Part shown: piece by piece, positions 59,620-64,000 of the stretch
Layout: each line of letters starts with the position of its first letter
Position numbering within the stretch: the first letter of the stretch is position 1
DNA from: Syntrophorhabdaceae bacterium
GTDB lineage: Bacteria; Desulfobacterota; Syntrophorhabdia; Syntrophorhabdales; Syntrophorhabdaceae
Assembly (NCBI GenBank): GCA_963665295.1
Contig: OY762209.1
Location: 4,928,001-4,992,000 of the forward strand
DNA: 64,000 nt
Direction of reading: 5' to 3'
Translations under genes and position numbers: made by a program
Notes under the pieces: model-generated
What the model was told of the DNA's origin: nothing
Seen by the model: only the letters and a program-made list of their open reading frames with translations
Databases searched by the model: none

Positions 59620-61982
59620 TGCCCGTCTACCAGCGCGAGATCGAGGATCTGCACCGCCGCGTTCTTGGCCGAGGGCCCCACCTCCAGCAATGGTCCCACG
59701 CACATGGGGCACCCGTACTCACACCCGCATGAGGTGATGACGGAGCGCACGGCGCGCATAAGCTCATTGTGCCTTTCGAAGAGGTTCTCCGAAAACCCGA
59801 TACCACCGGGATAGGCGTCGTAGATAAAGACCGTCGGATCGTAGGCGTTTTCCATGACATTCACGGGCTCGTTCGGGCTTGCCGTGATGACCCTGTTGTT
59901 GCTTCCCCGGCGCACGTACCATTCACCGCTCTTGTCGCCGATACACCAGTTCACGTCACGGATATCCGACATGACGAGCATGGCCGACATATGATGGAGG
60001 CAGTATGCGAGCCCCGCAAGGCCGTCCACGATTTCCAGGCGGCTCACCGGCAGTGAATTGAGGAGGTCCCAGGGGATGGTAAACCAGTAACTCGTGGTAT
60101 GCATCTCTTTCTGGGGCAGGTCCACGTCGCCGTAACCCACGTTTTCCGAGGTATAGAACTTGATCTTCTTATAGCCCACCACCTTGCTCGACACCTGGAC
60201 CTCGCCATGCTCGACGATGACCCTGCCTTTCATCTTCTTGTCAAAGTCCTCGATGACGCGGACGCTGGTGTAATTCATGGCATCCGTGTAGTAATCCACA
60301 TCCACCTTTCTCACATACGCCTTCTTGCGCTCCAGGTCGAGCTTGTCCACGTGGTATTGCTGGGACTCCACCATGTAGATGGCGCCATCGTGGACCGTAG
60401 TGAAGGCGCTGTCCCAGTCCACCTCGGCGATCACCCTATGACTTCCCGTCTCCGTGGTATCCACGACAACGATATTTTCGGTGCTGATGGTCCTCAAGCT
60501 CACTTCATCTGCGGGATAGCTCTCCGCCGCCCAGTGCCAGCGCTGGTCCACACGGTGGAGCACACCCTTCTCCTCCAGGTAGGCCAGGAGTTCCATGAGG
60601 TCCTCCTTGCCGAACCGCTCACCTTCCTCAAAGGGCAGCTCAAAGGCCGCGCTCTTGATATGGTGGAGCAGGATCAGCAGGTTGTCCGGGTTTACCCGGC
60701 AATGCTCCGGAGAACGGGCAAAGAAGTAGTCCGGGTTCTCCACGATGAACTGGTCCATGGGGTTGCTCTTTGCAATGAGGATTGCAAGGCTGTGGCCGGT
60801 CCTGCGGCCCGCCCTGCCGGCCTGCTGCCAGGTGCTCGCAATGGAGCCCGGATAGCCGACCATGATGCACGCCTCGAGGTCGCCTATGTCGATGCCCAGC
60901 TCAAGGGCGTTCGTGCTTACCACGCCCATGACGCTCCGCTCTCTGAGACCCTTTTCGATCTCTCGCCTGAGATTGGGCAGATAACCGCCCCGGTAGCCCG
61001 TCACATAGTGGTCATTCGAGGGGATTCTCCCCCTGAACTGGTCCTTGAGGTACTTGGTGAGCACTTCCACGTTCAGCCTGCTCGTGGTGAAGGCAATGGT
61101 CTGTATCTTGTTGTCGATAAGGTCGCTCGCTATCTTCCGCGCCGGCGTCAGGGCCGACTGGCGTATGCCCAGTTCCCTGTTTAAAATAGGCGGGTTGTAG
61201 AGAATGAAGGTCTTGGCCGACCTTGGCGCGCCGCTTTCGTCGATAAGTACCACTTCCTTTTCCAGGAGGTCCTGCGCATGCTCCCCGGGGTTGGCCACCG
61301 TGGCAGTGCAGCAGATGAACACAGGGTCCTGCCCGTAAAAACGGCAAACCCTCTTCAGACGCCTGAACACGTTGGTCACGTTGCTGCCGAAAACCCCGCG
61401 ATACACGTGAAGCTCGTCTATCACCACGTATTTCAGGTTGGAAAAGAGTTTCTGCCATTTGGTGTGATGGGGGAGAATGCCCGCATGGAGCATATCCGGG
61501 TTGGTGACCACCACATTACCCTGCTTGCGGATAGCCTGTCTCGCATCGTCCGGGGTGTCGCCGTCATAGGTGAAGGTCTTGATGTTCGCCTTGAGTTGTC
61601 CGATGAGACCGTGAACCTCGGTCATCTGGTCATTGGCAAGGGCCTTCGTGGGGAAAAGGTAGATAGCTCTGGTCTCGGGTTCTTCGAGGATTCTCTGGAG
61701 CACGGGGATGTTGTAGCACAGGGTCTTGCCGCTCGCCGTGGGCGTGACAAGGACCACATCCTTGCCCTGGCGCACGAGGTTTATGGCGCGGGCCTGGTGG
61801 CTGTAAAGCCTTGCGATGCCCCGGTCAACAAGGACCTTCCGCAGGGCCGGGTCTATCCAGTCGGGGTATTCGGCAAAGCTGCCCTCCGAAGCAGGGATAT
61901 GCTTGATACACGTTGCGTTCTCCCGGAAGCGCCTGTCGGTCTCCGCGCGGGCCAGCCATTCCGAAAGGGTCAAGCGAGCCAT
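59616..61982 (-). CDS. mrfA: DEAH-box SF2 helicase with DUF1998, MrfA/YprA/Hrq-like
   Basis: TPTASGKT, DELH, QQAGRAGR, YDAYPGGIG, C-terminal CGC..GCPMC. Confidence 0.85.
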   Translation of the reverse strand: MARLTLSEWLARAETDRRFRENATCIKHIPASEGSFAEYPDWIDPALRKVLVDRGIARLYSHQARAINLVRQGKDVVLVTPTASGKTLCYNIPVLQRILEEPETRAIYLFPTKALANDQMTEVHGLIGQLKANIKTFTYDGDTPDDARQAIRKQGNVVVTNPDMLHAGILPHHTKWQKLFSNLKYVVIDELHVYRGVFGSNVTNVFRRLKRVCRFYGQDPVFICCTATVANPGEHAQDLLEKEVVLIDESGAPRSAKTFILYNPPILNRELGIRQSALTPARKIASDLIDNKIQTIAFTTSRLNVEVLTKYLKDQFRGRIPSNDHYVTGYRGGYLPNLRREIEKGLRERSVMGVVSTNALELGIDIGDLEACIMVGYPGSIASTWQQAGRAGRRTGHSLAILIAKSNPMDQFIVENPDYFFARSPEHCRVNPDNLLILLHHIKSAAFELPFEEGERFGKEDLMELLAYLEEKGVLHRVDQRWHWAAESYPADEVSLRTISTENIVVVDTTETGSHRVIAEVDWDSAFTTVHDGAIYMVESQQYHVDKLDLERKKAYVRKVDVDYYTDAMNYTSVRVIEDFDKKMKGRVIVEHGEVQVSSKVVGYKKIKFYTSENVGYGDVDLPQKEMHTTSYWFTIPWDLLNSLPVSRLEIVDGLAGLAYCLHHMSAMLVMSDIRDVNWCIGDKSGEWYVRRGSNNRVITASPNEPVNVMENAYDPTVFIYDAYPGGIGFSENLFERHNELMRAVRSVITSCGCEYGCPMCVGPLLEVGPSAKNAAVQILDLALVDGQ

Positions 61983-62203
61983 GGGCCCTCGATAAAGATA
62001 CCCCTGAAATAGCGGATATCCTCCTGCCGCCGGTCGAAATTACCCTTCCCGGCACAGGGTACATTCCTGCTTTCCTGCACATAATTCATACTACAGTTAA
62101 ACGTTTCTTTAGTCATTTGATCAAGCTTTTTTTGCGTGGTTCGCGGCGGAACCGGGGGCGGACGCCCCCGGGAAAAACAGCAGGTCTCAATCGAGGGCGG
62201 ACG

Positions 62204-63838
62204 TCATATCTTGAAGGTCTGAACCGTCCCCTGCAGGCTCGTTGCGAGCCCCGAAAGTCCCATGGCCGCCTCGGATATCTCTTCCGACGATCCGAGGGTC
62301 TCTTTCGTCACGTCGGAGATGTGGTTTATGTCCCGTGTGATCGTTTCCGTGGTGGCGCTCATTTCCTCTATGGCGGTGGCGGTCTGCTGGATACCGGAGT
62401 AAAGGCCGTCAATGCTCGTAATGATATCCTCAAGGGCGGTTTCGGCCTGTGATGAAAACTCCACTCCTGCCGCGACATTCATTTTTGCCTTGTCCATGGA
62501 CTCGACGGTCTTTTCCACGCCCGTCCTGATGGCGCCGATCATGGCCCCTATCTCCGTGGTGGAAGCAGAGGTCCTTTCGGCAAGTTTCTTCACTTCGTCG
62601 GCCACGACTGCAAAGCCCCTTCCGTGTTCACCCGCCCTTGCGGCCTCGATGGCGGCGTTCAGGGCGAGCAGGTTCGTCTGGTCCGCTATCTCGTTGATGG
62701 TAGTCACTATATCGCCGATCTGCTCCGACTGCTGGCCCAGGGCCTTCACGAACTCGGACGCGGTCTCCACCGTGCCCGCAATGAGGTTGACTTCGTTGAT
62801 GGCTTTGTGGACGATCCCCTGTCCGCCTTTCGCGATCTTCACCGTCTCGCCCGCCGATTCCGATATCCTGTTGGAATTTTTCGCGATGTCTTCCGTAGCC
62901 TGGCTCATCTGGGTGGAGGCCGTCGCGATCTGGGTAGCCCTTTCCACCTGTTCCGACGCCCCTTCCGAAAGTTTCTCCGCGAAGGCCCTCAGTTGGGTGC
63001 TCGCGGACGCCACATTCGTCGCCGAGGAGAGCATGTCCGAGATTATCCGCCTGAGGTTGTTGTTCATTGCATCCATCGATCTGGCAAAGATACCCATTTC
63101 GTCCTTTCTCTTCGTGGCATGCTCGGAAACAGGTATGGAGAAGTCGCCCTTAGCCATGAGGTCTATGTGGGACGAGGATCGGATGACCGGCACCGTGATA
63201 CTGCGCGTGATCCGCAGGGAAAGGAGCGCCCCTATGAGAAGGGTCAGGGCCCCGAGAACTATGAATACCGCGTAGACCGTGAGAGCGTTCTTTTTCGCCT
63301 CGGCGTACCTGAAATCCGTCCTTTTCTCATTGTACGTGACGATGGCATCAACTGCACCCATGTAATCGTCCACCGACTTGATAAGACCTGCGTACTTCTC
63401 CGAGGCTTCCTCACGGGTCCCCGACATACCCGTTTCAATGGCGCCGTTATTCGCTTCACTGCCCCTCTTAACCTCGTTCTTCAGTTTGGCGATAAGGTCC
63501 TTTCCCTCCTGGTTAATCTCGAGGGCTTCGAGCCGTCCCAGCGATTCCTTATATTTTCCCCTTAATTCGCCAATTTTCTTCTTCGCCGCTTCTTTGGCGG
63601 CCATGTCCTTTGTCGTCGCAATCTCCCCCACCAGATAGGTAATGGTCCCGAAAGCGCCCTTGATTTCGTTGGCGCATTTGAGTTTTGCGTTATTCACCAC
63701 TACAATCCGCTCCAGATTGGCGTTGACCCCCATGAGGCAGACCATTCCCGTGATCACGATCACCACCATAAGCGCCCCGGTGATCCCGAACCCTATCGCA
63801 AGTCTCTTCCCTATCTTTACGTTGGTAAAAAGCGTCAT
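62204..63838 (-). CDS. Methyl-accepting chemotaxis protein (4HB sensor, HAMP)
   Basis: Two TMs; [33 protein letters not shown]. Confidence 0.95.
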   Translation of the reverse strand: MTLFTNVKIGKRLAIGFGITGALMVVIVITGMVCLMGVNANLERIVVVNNAKLKCANEIKGAFGTITYLVGEIATTKDMAAKEAAKKKIGELRGKYKESLGRLEALEINQEGKDLIAKLKNEVKRGSEANNGAIETGMSGTREEASEKYAGLIKSVDDYMGAVDAIVTYNEKRTDFRYAEAKKNALTVYAVFIVLGALTLLIGALLSLRITRSITVPVIRSSSHIDLMAKGDFSIPVSEHATKRKDEMGIFARSMDAMNNNLRRIISDMLSSATNVASASTQLRAFAEKLSEGASEQVERATQIATASTQMSQATEDIAKNSNRISESAGETVKIAKGGQGIVHKAINEVNLIAGTVETASEFVKALGQQSEQIGDIVTTINEIADQTNLLALNAAIEAARAGEHGRGFAVVADEVKKLAERTSASTTEIGAMIGAIRTGVEKTVESMDKAKMNVAAGVEFSSQAETALEDIITSIDGLYSGIQQTATAIEEMSATTETITRDINHISDVTKETLGSSEEISEAAMGLSGLATSLQGTVQTFKI

Positions 63839-63991
63839 GTCTCCACCCTCCGAGGTAAGATGTCCCGTCATTCTTTTCATGGCCGCGGAGTCACGGACAC
63901 TACGCCCCGGGGCCCCGGCTTTCCCTGTTCTATCCCGCATATGAGGCGGAATCGACACTACTTTCAAAAAGCCGTCATGAACTCTTTTCTA

Positions 63992-63999
63992 ATATCGGC
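63992..63999 (-). promoter_or_regulatory. Sigma28 (FliA) -10 box upstream of MCP
   Basis: GCCGATAT on minus strand ~155 bp upstream of MCP start; -35 would lie outside the window. Confidence 0.5.
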
Positions 64000-64000
64000 A

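Noticed and set aside
59616..61982. DISARM/Druantia defence call for DUF1998 helicase
   Set aside because: Single fused helicase paired with a YprB-like exonuclease and no drm/dru partners fits MrfAB
1..64000. tRNA, rRNA, CRISPR, selenoprotein read-through, transposase or integrase
   Set aside because: None recognised by eye; tRNAscan, Infernal and SECIS searches were not run

Overview
GC-rich chromosomal window from an anaerobic bacterium. Gene content suggests a Desulfobacterota-like syntroph; this is an inference, not a taxonomic test. 1-12.4 kb holds a carbonyl-branch Wood-Ljungdahl cluster (RACo/acsV, cooC, small ORF, acsD, cooS/acsA, acsB, acsC, acsE) followed by a CDF metal exporter. 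The middle holds a GT2/DUF4922 pair, two secreted proteases with BACON-like tails (a chagasin-C1A fusion and an S8), a CecR-TolC-YbhG-ABC efflux operon, a CMD protein plus ArsS-like radical SAM, ruvX-mltG-thiolase-DUF35, an acyl-CoA ligase, glcD/glcF-like genes, adk, uvrD, a hybrid kinase and a CheB/CheR fusion. 53.3-57.85 kb is an AT-richer island bounded by ~70-bp direct repeats. It carries an uncharacterised coupled gene pair (putative PD-(D/E)XK nuclease plus partner) and a DUF262 + HEPN pair. mrfB-mrfA-like genes and an MCP follow. The most unusual signal is a ~200-nt non-coding element present three times (2391-2592, 2811-3010, 57848-58115). Its long stems covary between copies, and its conserved TCT(T)RTTTYYCCGGCATCC end always faces defence-type DNA: a DNA-cytosine methyltransferase stub between two inverted copies, and the defence island. 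No tRNA, rRNA, CRISPR array, integrase or transposase was recognised. All family assignments come from motif recognition by eye; no database searches were run.
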